Of a stretch of DNA of 64,000 bases, positions 21,781 through 34,237 are shown piece after piece; position 1 is the stretch's first letter, and every line of letters begins with the position of its first letter. The notes beneath the pieces are model-generated. The model did no database searches, was not told the origin of the DNA, and worked only from the letters and a program-made list of their open reading frames with translations. The position numbers and the translations under genes are program-made. The DNA comes from Malacoraja senta (lineage: Eukaryota), in contig CM075993.1 of NCBI GenBank assembly GCA_038087875.1, forward strand, positions 11,596,001-11,660,000. Reading direction: 5' to 3'.

Positions 21781-24264
21781 GAAAAGTTACAAAAGACTCC
21801 CGAATTAAATGGAAGGAAATTTCAAGAAGGGATAAGAGAATAAGGTCAGGGCCAATTGCGAGCGGTGCGAGAGGGGAGGTGAATACCGAGGTCAAAGTGT
21901 TGTATGTGAATGCGCGAACTATAAGAAATAAAGTGGACGAGCTTGAGGCTCAGTTTGAAATTGGCAAGTATGATATTGTAGAAATTACTGAGACATGGCT
22001 GCAAGAGGGCCAGGGCTGGGAACTGAATATTCAATCTTATAAATCCTATCGAAAAGACAGGCAGGTGGGCAGAGGGGGTGGGGTAGCTCTGTTCGTGAGG
22101 AATGAAATTCAGTCCCTTAAAAGGGGTGACATTGAAACAAGAGATGTGGAGTCAGTATGGATAGAACTAAGGAATTGTAAGGGTAAAAAGACCCTAATGG
22201 GACTAATCTACAGGCCCCCAAACAGTAGCCTGGATATAGGGTGCAAGTTGAATCAGGAGTTAAAATTGGCATGTAGTAAAGGTAATGGTATGGTTGTTAT
22301 GGGAGATTTCAACATGCAGGTAGACTGGGAAAATTAGGTTGGTACTGGACCCCAAGAAAGGGACTTTGTGGAGTGCCTCTGTGATGGATTCTTAGAGCAC
22401 CTTCTATTGGAGCCTACCAGGGTGAAGGCAATTCTGGATTTAGTGTTATGTAATGAACCGGATTTGATAAAGGAACTTGATGTTAATGAGCCATTAGGAG
22501 GTAGTGACCATAATATGGTCAAGTTAATTGGAAACTTAATTGGAGAGGGAGAAGGGTAGATCGGAGGTGTCAGTGTTACAGTTGAATAAAGGGGACTATG
22601 GAGACATGAGGGAGGAGCTGGCCAAAATTGACTGGAAAGATACCCTAGCAGGGATGACAGTGGAACAACAATGGCAGGTATTTCTGGGAATAATACAGAA
22701 GGTGCAGGATCAGTTAATTCCAAAGAGGAAGAAACATTCCAAGGGCAGTAAGGGGCGACCACGGCTGACAAGGGACGTCAGGGACAGTATAAAAATAAAA
22801 GAGAAGAAGTACAACTTTGCAAAGATGAGCGGGAAGCAAGAGGATTGGGTAATGTTTAAAGAACAACAGAAGATAACTAAAAAGACAATACGGGGAGAAA
22901 AGATGAGGTACGTAGGTAAGCTAGCCAAGAATATAAAGCAGGATAGTAAAAGCTTCTTTAGGTATGTGAAGAGAAAAAATTAGTTAAGACCAAAGTTGGA
23001 CCCTTGAAGACCGAAAATGGTGAATTTATTATGGGGAACAAGGAAATGGCAGATGAGCTGAACAGGTACTTTGGATCTGTCTTCACTAAGGAAGACACAA
23101 ACAATCTTCCTGATATAGTAGTGGCCAGAGGATCTGGGGTGACAGAGGAACTGAAGGAAATCCACATTAGGCAGGAAATGGTGTTGGGTAGACTGATGGG
23201 ACTGAAGGCTGATAAATCCCCAGGGCCTGATGGTCTGCATCCCAAGGTACTTAAGGAAGTGCCTCTAGAAATCATGGACGCATTGGTGATAATTTCCCAA
23301 TGTTCTATAAATTCAGGATCAGTTCCTGTGGATTGGAGGGTAGCTAATGTTATCCCACTTTTTAAGAAAGGCGGTAGAGAGAAAACAGGGAATTATAGAC
23401 CAGTCAGCCTGACATCGGTGGTGGGGAAGATGCTGGAGTCAATTATAAATGATGAAATAGGGACACATTTGGATAGCAGTAACAGGATCGGTCGGAGTCA
23501 GCATGGATTTACGAAGGGGAAATCATGCTTAACTAATCTTCTGGAATTTTTGTGGATGTAACTAGGAAAATGGACAAGGGAGAGCGAGTGGATGTAGTGT
23601 ACCTGGACTCTCAAAAAGCATTTGATAAGGTCCCACATAGGAGATTAGTGGGAAAAATTAGGGCACATGGTATTGGGGGTAGTGCTGACATGGATAGAAA
23701 ATTGGTAGGCAGACAGGAAACAAAGAGTAGGGATTAACATTTCAGAATGGCAGGCAGTGACTAGTGGGGTACCGCAAGGCTCGGTGCTGGGACCGCAGCT
23801 ATTTACAATATACATCAATGATTTAGATGAATGGATTCAAAGTAACATTAGCAAATTTGTAGATGACACAAAGCTGGGTGGCAGTGTGAACTGTGAGGAG
23901 GATGCTATGAGAATGCAGGGTGCCTTGGACAGGTTGGGTGACTTGGACAGGATGCAGTTTAATGTGGATAAATGTGAGGTTATCCACTTTGGTAGCAAAA
24001 ACAGGAAGGCAGATTATTATCTAAATGGTGTCAAGTTGGGAAAAGGGGACGTACAACAGGATGTGGGGGTCCTTGTTCATCAGTCAATGAAAGTAAGCTT
24101 GCAGGTACAGCAGGCAGTGAAGAAAGCAAATGGTAGGTTGGCCTTCATAACAAGAGGAGTTGAGTATAGGAGCAAAGAGGTTCTTCTGCAGTTGTATAGG
24201 GCCCTAGTGAGACCACACCTGGAGTATTGTGTGCAGTTTTGGTCTCCAAATTTGAGGAAGGATA
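21781..24264 (+). pseudogene. CR1 LINE ORF2 (APE endonuclease + RT) with stops and frameshifts; 3' end cut by a Helitron-like sequence
   Basis: [58 protein letters not shown]. Confidence 0.93.
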
Positions 24265-25020
24265 TCTATATAACTAAAAGTCTCATCTTGACCACTTCCT
24301 GTCTGCACTGTATATTGATTTTAGAAACAACGCTACTATATATCGCTATGATTTTGGCCATCTTATTCACAGTCCTCCTCCACTGAGGCAGCCCCGAGGA
24401 TTTTTCCGATCGATGAAAAATAAAAAAGTTATGAATGTTTAAAGAATCTTGAGATTAGCTGATTGGTCCTCTCGCCTGTCAATCATCATGATAAATGTAA
24501 CGCCCCTTCCGGGGGGCCACGAGTATAAAGCCCCGGAGGCTGGACGTGAGTCCGACACCCTGGAAAACTGTGAGTGAGAGTTGAGCCCAGAACTGTGAGC
24601 CGTGAAATGAAATGAATTGGTAGCCTGCACTCTGCTTGAAATGGTATGAAGTTAATTTGATAGCCTGCACTCTGCTTGTAATGGTATGAAATGAATTTGG
24701 TGGCCTGCACTCTGCTTGAAATGGTATGAAATGAATTTGAGTTTGGTGGCCTGCACTCTGCTTGAAATGGTATGAATGTATTTGAATTTGGTGGCCTGCA
24801 CTCTGCTTGAAATGGAATAAAATTGAATGTGAATTTGGTGGCCTGCACTCTGCTTGAAATGGAATGAAATTGAATTTGAATTTGGTGGCCTGCACTCTGC
24901 TTGAAATGGAATGAAATGAATTTGAATTTGGTGGCCTGCACTCTGCTTGAAATGCTATGAAATGAATTTGAATTTGGTGGCCTGCACTCTGCTTGAAATG
25001 GAATGAAATTGAATTTTCCC
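24265..25020 (+). mobile_element. Helitron-like non-autonomous element, 5' part
   Basis: Starts TCTATATAACTAAAAG right after an A, at a position where other CR1 copies read A^T. Contains an internal minisatellite. No 3' CTRR end found. Confidence 0.55.
24603..25015 (+). repeat. Minisatellite, 9 units of ~40-47 bp
   Basis: Constant core GCCTGCACTCTGCTTG(A)AATG separated by variable GAAAT/GAATTT linkers. Confidence 0.92.
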
Positions 25021-25765
25021 AACTCAACCCCTTTCCACCCTGCGCAGAGACCATTCTCGCTGCAACTCCCTGGTTAACTTATCCCTTCCCACCCAAACTA
25101 CCCCCTCCCCAGGTACCTTCCCCTGTCCCTATACATCCTCCCTCGACTCTGTCCAGGGACCCCGACAGTCCTTTCAGGTTAGGCAGATGTACACTTGCAC
25201 CTCCTCCAACCTCATCTACTGTATCTGTAGTTCAAGATGTGGACTCGTACATCGGCGAGACCAAACGTAGACTGGGCGATCGTTTCGCAGAACACCTTCG
25301 CTCAGCCCCTGAACCTACCTGATCTCCCAGTTGCTAAACATTTTCATTCTCCTTCCCATTCCCACACTGATCTTTCTGCCCTAGGTCTCCTCCATTGCCA
25401 GTGAGGCTAAATGCAAATTGAAGGAATAGCATCTCATATTTTGCTTGGGCAGCTTACAGCCCAGTGGTATGAATATGGATTTCTCTAACTTCAGGTAGCC
25501 CCGGCATTCCCTCTCTCTCTATCCCTCCCCCATCCCCCTAGCTTCTTATTTTCACCCTACAAACATCTTACAATGGCCTGTTTCCTTTATCATCGTTACT
25601 TTTGCATATCTTTCATTCATTGTTCTTTATCTCTCTACATCATCGTCTATATCTCTTGTTTCCCTTATCCCTAACCAGTCTGAAGAAGGTTCTTGACCCG
25701 AAACATCACCCATTATTTTTCTCCAGAGATGCTGCCTGTTCCACTGAGTTACTCCAGCTTTTTGA
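25021..25765 (+). mobile_element. Penelope-like 3' fragment (degenerate GIY-YIG plus mutated hammerhead at 25680-25707)
   Basis: YIGETKRRLGDRFAEHLRS; CTGAAGAAGGTTCTTGACCCGAAACATC. Confidence 0.85.
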
Positions 25766-26010
25766 GTCTGTCTGTATGGAGTTAGTTAATTTTCCCTGTG
25801 ATCATGTGGGTTTTCTCCAGGTGCTCCGGTTCCCTCCCAAACTCCAAAGACGTATAGGTTTGTAGGCTAATTGGGTTGGTACAATTGTAATTTGTAAATT
25901 GTCCCTAGGTGTGTAGGATAGTGCTAGTGTACGAGGATTGCTGGTCGGTGTGGACTCGGTGGGCCAAAGGGCCTGTTTCTGTGTTGTATCTCTAAACTAA
26001 ATTAACTAAA
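25766..26010 (+). mobile_element. HE1 SINE, 5'-truncated
   Basis: Central domain, GGGCCAAAGGGCCTGTTTCT tail and (CTAAA)n. Confidence 0.85.
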
Positions 26011-26769
26011 AATAATGTCTCAGAAAGTAGGCAATCTGATTCCTATAATACCTCTATTATATCCTGCTGTGTGTCACATGACGTCCTTGTTTGGTGCAGG
26101 GATTAATCCTGAAGAGAACACAAAGTGCTGGAGTGACTCGGCAGGTCAGGCAGCATCTCCGGAGAACATGGATAATGACGTTAAGGGTCGGGGCCCTTCT
26201 TCACACTGATTGTAGTGGGGGAGAGGAAAGCTGGGAGAGAGGAGGGGCAGGACAAAATGTGGCAGGTGATAGATCAACACAGGCGAGGGGGGGAGGGTGA
26301 CAGGCAAATGGTTGGAACAAAGGCCAGTGATAAGAACAGCAGGTGTAAGACAGGTTTGAATATCGTATTGTGAAACCTGGGGGAGGAAAGTAGTGGGGAG
26401 GAGGGGGGGGGGGTGTGGGTGTGGAAAGTAATGGGGGGGGGTAAGGTAGGGTGTGTGGGGGAGGGAAGTAGTGGTGAGGTGGGAGGGGCGGTTAGTGGAG
26501 GGTAAAAATAGGTGGGAGTCTAGGTTAAAGCTAATCCACTAAAGTTGCACATCCTGAAAACTCTACAGAAAGACAAGTCTCCATCTTTCAATTTACTATT
26601 TCACCCGCTGATAATTGTCAGTGCCCATATCTGACGCTACCTCGGTTCACTACCCCCTTTAGTTGTGAAGCTTCTTCATTCAGACTAGAACTTTTATAGT
26701 CGTTGCAGTTGGATCGCATCCCAAGGAGATTTATTCCCTCTGGGACGATATTTGTTTTGAATGACTAAA

Positions 26770-26972
26770 TATTTACAGTAGACAAAAATGCTGGAGAAAC
26801 TCAGCGGGTGAGGCAGCATCTATGGAGAGAAGGAATAGGTGACGTTTCGGACCCGAAACGTCACCTATTCCTTCGCTCCATAGATGCTGCCTCACCCGCT
26901 GAGTTTCTCCAGCATTTTTGTCTACCTTCGATTTTTCCAGCATCTGCAGTTCCTTCTTAATTATTAACAGTA
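26770..26972. mobile_element. Near-perfect 73 bp-arm palindrome built from the Penelope pLTR, with 11 bp TSD
   Basis: Arms 26778-26850 and 26853-26925 (one mismatch). TAT(T/T)(T/A)ACAGTA flanks: TATTTACAGTA at 26770-26780 and TATTAACAGTA at 26962-26972. Confidence 0.85.
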
Positions 26973-27020
26973 AATGGACTGTTCGTTTTCCAATGAATAT
27001 TAGTCAGCTTGCCCCCCACG

Positions 27021-27202
27021 CCTATTTGTGTAGAAAGGAACTGCAGATGCTGGTTTAAACCGAAGATAGATACAAAACCCTGGAGTAACTCAGCGGGACA
27101 GGCAGCATCTCTGGAGAGAAGGAATGGGTGACGTTTCAGGTCAAGACCCTTCTTCAGACCTGTCCCGCTGATTACTCCAGCTTTTTGTCTATACCTATTT
27201 GT
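27021..27202 (-). mobile_element. Fold-back hammerhead mini-element with 9 bp TSD
   Basis: CCTATTTGT at 27021-27029 and 27194-27202. Mutated core at ~27130-27157. Confidence 0.75.
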
Positions 27203-27794
27203 TTGTTATATTTAAATTAAAATCTCATATTCTGTACATAATTATATTGGGCACCACTTAAACGTAAAGATGTAGTACCTGATGAGATTTCCCTGAAGGC
27301 ACCTCGAATATAAAACGACCACCTATCTCTATGGCTTTGCGCCGATTAGATCCCAAATAGATTGTAACCTGGCTGCTTCTTTTATATATAGAACGGTCTA
27401 TTTATGCATTTGTCATTTTATAAATATTTCAAGCTTTCAAATACGTGGCTTTAAGTTGATCTTTAGCTGTTTGTTCCCAAGTTGACGTTGTGAAGATGGG
27501 TCGATGGACAATGGTACTTTATTGTCAGGTACAAATGCACAGTGAAATTCTTTTCTTACTTACAGTCCAGCAAAGTATTGCCAGACCTGAGCACCATCCC
27601 CGATTAGCAAAGTCTTCAGAAATAGTCCACTGAGATCGCATGGAAGAGGCACCATGTTTTGGCACCATTTTGGCCATCGAGCGATGCTCGAACCAACCAG
27701 ACAGCAATGCTCAACTACTTCTCCCTCTTTGGTGAACCCGCAGACTATCCTTGATCGGACTTCGCTGGCTTTACCTTGCACTAAACGTTAGTTA

Positions 27795-27973
27795 TTCCCT
27801 TATCATGTGTAGGAAGGAACTGCAGATGCTGGTTTCAATCGAAGGTGGACACAACATGCGATGCTGTCTCAGCGGGACAGGCTACACCTCTGGAGCATCC
27901 CATTCCTTCTCTCCGGAGATGCTGCCTGTCCTGCTGAGTTATTTTGTGTCCATCTTCGATTCCCTCATCATGT
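27795..27973. mobile_element. Fold-back pLTR mini-element (core deleted) with 14 bp TSD
   Basis: TTCCCT(T/C)ATCATGT at 27795-27808 and 27960-27973, with inverted tail copies between them. Confidence 0.65.
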
Positions 27974-28709
27974 ATCTGTACACTGTAAATGGTTCTATTG
28001 TAATCATGTATTATCTTTCCACTGACTGGATAGCACGCAACAAGAGCTTTTCACTGTACCTCGGTACACGTGACAATAAACTAAACTGAACAAGAGACTA
28101 CGCGGTCTATACCAAATCTTCCCTGTATTTACCATGGATAAGGACATGCAAGTAACTAAGGTCAGGGGATGGAACAGTGACACTATGGAGCATGCCAACT
28201 TTACAAAGGAGGGGGCCTGGGAGGTCCTGAAACACATCAAGGGTGACTTCCCAGGGGCCTGACCAAATATCTCCAAGGATGTCATGGGAAACAAGAGAAA
28301 GCTTTCTGACTGTCTTGCAGAGATATCCATCTTTAATAGTTACTGGTGAGGTACTGGAATATTGGCGGGTGGCCGATGTTGTATCTTTATTCAAGAAGGG
28401 CAAGAAGGACAAGTCAGGGAACTACAGGCTGAGCCTAACATCAGAAGTGGAAGTGATATTGGAAGTTCTTCTGAGACACAGGGATTTACCTATATTTTAA
28501 AAGGCAAAGACTGATGGGAGATGGTCAGCATGGCTCTGTGCATGGGAAATCATTTCTCACAAATTGGTGTTTTTTGAAATGGTGACCAAATGGATTTCCA
28601 AAGGCAGAGCAATGGACTCTGATTCAGTGATTCAATGATTCTTTATTGTCACATGTACCGAGGTACTGAGACATTCTTTGTTTTGCATCCAATACACAAG
28701 TACACAAGT

Positions 28710-29995
28710 TCTGGAATTTTTTGAGGATGTGACAAGTAAAATGGATGAAGGGGTGCCAGTGGATGTAGTGTATCTAGACTTTCAGAAAGCCTTTGATAAG
28801 GTCCCGCACGGGAGACTGGTGACTAAAATTAGAGCACATGGTATTGGGGGTAGGGTGTTGACGTGGATAGAAAATTGGTTGGCAGACCGGAAGCAAAGAG
28901 TAGGAGTGAACAGGTCCTTTTCAGAATGGCAGGCAGTGGCGAGTGGAGTGCCGCAAGGCTCGGTGTTGGGGCCGCAACTGTTTACCATATATATTAATGA
29001 TTTGGAAGAGGGAATTAGGAGCAACACTAGCAAGTTTGCGGATGACACAAAGCTGGGTGGCAGTGTGAACTGTGAAGATGATGTTAGGAGTTTGCAAGGT
29101 GACCTGGACGGATTGAGTGAGTGGGCAGATGCGTGGCAGATGCAGTATAATATAGATAAATGTGAGGTTATCCATTTTGGCGGCAAAAACAAGGGGGCAG
29201 ATTATTATCTCAATGGGGTTAGGTTAGGTAAGGGGGAGGTACAGCGAGACCTGGGTGTCCTTGTACACCGTTCACTGAAAGTTGGCGTGCAGGTACAGCA
29301 GGCAGTGAAGAAAGCTAATGGAATGTTGGCCTTCATAACAAGAGGATTTCAGTATAGGAGTAAAGAGGTTCTTCTGCAGTTGTATAGGGCTCTGGTGAGA
29401 CCACATCTGGAGTATTGTGTACAGTTTTGGTCTCCTAATTTGAGGAAGGACATCCTTGTGATTGAAGCAGTGCAGCGTAGGTTCACGAGATTGATCCCTG
29501 GTATGGCGGGACTGTCATATGAGGAAAGATTGAAAAGACTAGGCTTGTATTCACTGGAGTTTAGAAGGATGAGGGAGGATCTTATAGAAACATATAAAAT
29601 TATAAAAGGACTGGACAAGCTAGATGTAGGAAATATGTTCCCAATGTTGGGCAAGTCCAGAACCAGGGGCCACAGTCTTAGAATAAAAGGGAGGTCATTT
29701 AAGACTGAGGTGAGAAAAAACATTTTCACCCAAAAAAAAAAAAAGAAAAAACATTTTCACCCAGAGATTGTGAATTTATGGAATTCCCTGCCACAGAGGG
29801 CAGTGGAGGATAAAATCACTGGATGGGTTTAAGAGAGAGTTAGATAGAGCTCTAGGGGCTAGTGGAGTCAAGGGATATGGGGAGAAGGCAGGCACGGGTT
29901 ATTGATAGGGGACGATCAGCCATGATCACAATGAATGGTGGTGCTGGCTCGAAGGGCTGAATGGCCTCCTCCTGCACCTATTTTCTATGTTTCTA
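28710..29995 (+). mobile_element. Young 5'-truncated CR1 LINE (RT C-terminal half to 3' tail)
   Basis: [41 protein letters not shown]. Tail TTTTCTATGTTTCTA. Frame broken only by the poly(A) insert at ~29733. Confidence 0.95.
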
Positions 29996-31169
29996 CACAG
30001 AGTTTAGCTCTGACATTGACACCATAATGGTATATGGTAAGGTACTTTATTTGTCATGTCTACCGAGGTACAGTGAAATTCAGTTTTGTATACAGTTCAG
30101 TACAAGTATCACTGTACATAATCATTAAGATACATATTAGATAAGTATCTCAGATACAGTACAAGTGTGTAGCAGCAGGACACTGAGACAGTTTACAGAG
30201 TCACCAGTTTGGTGCCATTTCCAAGTCCCAGTTGTTGTAAGTGCAGGGATCTTGACCTGACCATGAAGGCCCGTTGTCATGGCGACATTGCAGGGTCGGC
30301 CTGGCCAAGCGTAGCCGTGGTGACCTCCGCCGCTGCTCCACCGCTGTAGGCCGCGTCCGGTCCACGTGCTCAGCCTCTTGGAGCGGCGCCCGGTCCAGCC
30401 GAGCCCCAGGCTGCTGCAGGGCCTCCAGCGGCCACTCCCCCGTCGAGGCCGTGCACTCCCTCCTGTGGCCGCTCTGCTCACTGGCCCTCCAGGTGGGTTC
30501 CCTTCCTCAATCCACAACGGGCGGTGGACGTACCGGGCGTGTCCTCGATTTATGGACCCGGGACAGTCCTGCCATGCGCGGAGCGCATCTCTCCTCGATC
30601 TGCTGGTGGACACGACCGGTCCTGGTCGGCTGCACAGTGCTTGCCGGGAGGTCCCTTCTTCCCTAATACCAACCAAACCCATCTCCCAGAACTAAAGTGT
30701 ATGGTTTTAAGGTGAGAGGGGACCTGAGGGACAATTTCTTCATGCAGAATGTAGTGCACAAAAGGAACGAGCTGTCAGAGCAAGATGTAGAGGCAGATGC
30801 CATAGCGATGTTTAAAAGACACTGAGACAGATACATGGATAGGAAAGGTTTGGAGGGACTTGGGTCAAACACAGGCAAACGGGACTAGCACAGCTTAAAA
30901 AGGTTGGCATACTGTAGATGAGTTGGACAGCAAATATTACTCGCACTTCTTGCGGTCTTGGATGGAGCTGTTCCCAAACCATGCTGTGATGCATCCTGAT
31001 AAAATCTTTTCTCCAGCTGCTAAATGACGAGAACCAGATGGAAAGATTTCAACACATAGCAGTACAGCACAAGAACAGGCCCTTCGGCCCATAATATCCA
31101 TGCTGAACATGATGCCAAGACTATCACGTATCTACCTGCACATAATCCACATCCCTCCATATTATATGA

Positions 31170-31525
31170 CAACATTTTAGCTCCCCCTCCCATTTGCACA
31201 CTGACCTTTCTGTCCTGCACTGTCAGAGTGAGGCCCAGTGCAAATTGGAGGAACAGCTCCTCATCTTTCACTTAGGCAGCTTACACCCCAGCGGTATGAA
31301 CATTGACTTCTCTAACTTCAAGTAGTCCTTGCTTTCCCTCTCTCTCCATTCCCTCCCCCTTCTCTGTTCTCCCACCAGTCTAACTTTCTCCGACGACATT
31401 CTATCTCTGTCCCGCCCCCTCCCCTGACATCAGTCTGAAGAAGGATCTCAACCCGAAACGTCACCTATTCCATCTCTCCAGAGATGCTGCCTGTCCCGCT
31501 GAGTTACTCCAGGACTTTATGTCCC
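31170..31525 (+). mobile_element. Penelope-like 3' fragment with mutated hammerhead (31435-31462)
   Basis: Homologous to the ORF end (KLEEQ...GSLHPSGMNIDFSNF) and the pLTR. Confidence 0.8.
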
Positions 31526-31929
31526 TCCATTACCTGCATGTATTTGTGCCGATACAAAGTGCTTTTCAATGCTGGGGAGCTTGCACGGAGCTTGGCTACT
31601 GAAAAGTTCTTGGTTCAATCGAAAGTGAACGAAATTCTGAGCTCATTACTGCACTGCTGTGTCTTCAACTCTTCAAAAGAGACAAACATTTGCGGGAGAT
31701 TGTTGGTCTTGGAACAGAGCAGGTAACGCATCTTTCCCGAGTGGAGATTGACACAAAACTCAGCGGGACAGGCAGCATCTCTGGAGAGGAATGGGTGACG
31801 TTTCAGGTCGAGACCCTTCTTTAGCTCAGTTTCCAGAGTGGATATTGATTGCATTGTCCTAAAGCAAATGCCTCTCTCTTTCAATGCAGCTCACACCACC
31901 AATGTTCTGGGATGTATTTTTTCATTAAT

Positions 31930-32252
31930 TGAAAGATACCACATGGAAACAGGCCCTTCGGCCCACCGAGTCCACGCCAACCATCTAGTTCACTTCTAGC
32001 CCGTTCATCTAGCCCGTTCACTCTAGTTCTGTTATTCCACTTTCCCATCCACCCCCTGAACACGTACAGAGGGCCAATTAACCCACAAACCCACACACCT
32101 TTGAGATGTGGGAGGAAACCGAAGCACCCGGAGGAAACCCACACGATCACAGGGTGAACGTGCAAACTCCACATAGACAGCACCCAAGGTCGGGATCGAC
32201 CCCAGGTCTCTGAAGCTGTGAGGCAGCAGCTCTACCTGCTGCACCTCCGTGC
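31930..32252 (-). mobile_element. HE1 SINE
   Basis: Full head, central domain and tail on the minus strand. Confidence 0.85.
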
Positions 32253-32939
32253 TGGAGGTGGTCTCCTTCCTGACTTTCCCCGACAGCCTAAAAGGTGAGT
32301 ACAGGTGATATTTCTGGCTTTTAAAGCAGCCATTTGCTGTCCAGAGGGGTTTGATTCTCTGAGTAGTTTAGGCATCTTTCAGCTCATTGAAGATTGCACA
32401 CCATAAATCCAGTGAAACAACAAGCGTAGCAACACTTCTGTGAAGTATTTAACACTGAGACATTCCAAGGTGCTTCACAGAATCATTCACATCTAGAATT
32501 ATCATCAAGGCACATGAGGATATGTTAAACTCTTGAACTCCACAGCTCCTCTGGATTCTCCTGTCCAGTACCTTCCTCTGACCCCCATCTGTCTTACCCT
32601 TGACAATGTTTGGTTTAGTTTAGAGATACGACATGGAAATAGGCCTTTCAGCCCACCATGTCCATGCCAACAAGGTTGGCTAGTTCCCATTCGCCGGCGT
32701 TTGGTCCATAGCTGCATAAACCCTTCAAGTTTTTCACTGTACCTCGATACATTTGCCAATAAACAATCTAGACCTAAACCTAAATCATCTCACCACCCAC
32801 CAGACACCAGTCCCCTGGGGGGTGAGGGTGCATTTATGAAGCCCCTCAGCAGTGAGTTTCTTAACCTCATGATGTTGATGTGTAAGTTGTGAATGTGAAC
32901 ATTACAAACGCTTACACTTCTGTCCCCCAGATACTGGAA

Positions 32940-33238
32940 ACGGCACGCTGGCGTTGCGGTAGAGCTGCCAGACACCCGGGTTCGATCCTGACTACGGGCG
33001 CTGTCTGTGCAGAGTTTGTACGTTTGCCCCATGACAACGTGGGTTTTCTCCGAAATCCTCTGTTTCCTCCCACACCCCAAAGACTTTCAGGTTTGTTTGC
33101 TAATTGGCTTGGTGTAAATGTAACAATTGGCCCTAGTGTATGTAGGATGGTGTTAGTGTGCGGGGATCGCTGGTCGGTGTGAACTCGGTGGGCCGAAGGG
33201 CCTGTTTCCGCGCTGTATCGCTAAACTAAACTATACTA
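32940..33238 (+). mobile_element. HE1 SINE
   Basis: B-box GGTTCGATCC; tail GGGCCGAAGGGCCTGTTTCCGCGCTGTATC followed by (CTAAA)n. Confidence 0.9.
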
Positions 33239-33279
33239 ATGTTCAGATACTGAGCAAAACACAAAGTGCTGGAGTGGTA

Positions 33280-34140
33280 GAATGCAGGGTGACTTGGACA
33301 GGTTGTGTGAGTGGGCAGATGCAATGCAGATGCAGTTTAATGTGGATAAATGTGAGGTTATCTACTTTGGTAGCAAAAATAGGAAGGCAGATTATTATCT
33401 AAATGGTGTCAAGTTGGGAAAAGGGGAAGTACAACGGGATCTGTGGGTCCTTGTACATCAGTCAATGAAAGTAAGCATGCAGGTACAGCAGGCAGTGAAG
33501 AAAGCGAATGGCATTTTGACTTTCACAACAAGAGGAGTTGAGTATAGGAGCAAAGAGGTCCTACTGCAGTTGTACAGGGCCCTAGTGAGACCACACCTGG
33601 AGTATTATGTGCAGTTTTTGTCCCCAAATTTGAGGAAGGACATTCTTGCTATTGAGAGAGTGCAGCGTAGGTTCACAAGGTTAATTCCCGGGATGGCATA
33701 TGCTGAGAGAATGGAGCGGCTGGGCTTGTATACTGTGGAATTTAGAAGGATGAGAGGATATCTTATTGAAACATATAACATTATTAAGGGTTTGGACAGG
33801 CTAGAGGCAGGAAACATGTTTCCGATGTTGGGGGAGTCCAGAACCAGGGGCCACAGTTTAAGAATAAGGGGTAAACCATTTAGAACGGAGATGAGGAAAC
33901 ACGTTATCACACAGAGAGTTGAGAGTCTGTGGAATTCTTTGCCTCAGAGGGCGGTGGAGGCCTGTTCTCTGGAAACTTTCAAGAGTGAGCTAGATAGGGC
34001 TCTTAAAGTTAGTGCATTGGGGATATGGGGAGAAGGCAGGAACGTGATACTGATTGTGGATGATCAGCCATGATCACATTGAAGAGCTTGAAGGGCCGAA
34101 TGGCCTACTCCTGCACCTATTGTCTATTGTTTATTGTCTA
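33280..34140 (+). mobile_element. 5'-truncated CR1 LINE inserted inside a minus-strand hammerhead mini-element (33258-33277 / 34140-34212)
   Basis: 263-aa CR1 ORF2 C-terminus. The flanks rejoin as GTGCTGGAGT|AACTCAGCGGG. Confidence 0.9.
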
Positions 34141-34237
34141 ACTCAGCGGGTCAAGCAGCATCTGTGGAGGGAAAGGACAGGCGATGTTTCAGGTTGGCAC
34201 CCTTCTTCAGACAGATTGACAGGACATGTTAGCTTCT

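Noticed and set aside
24603..25015. CRISPR-like array, and the 178-191 aa repetitive ORFs over it
   Set aside because: The linkers are variants of one low-complexity motif rather than unique spacers, there are no cas genes, and the context is eukaryotic. The ORFs are translation artefacts of a minisatellite.
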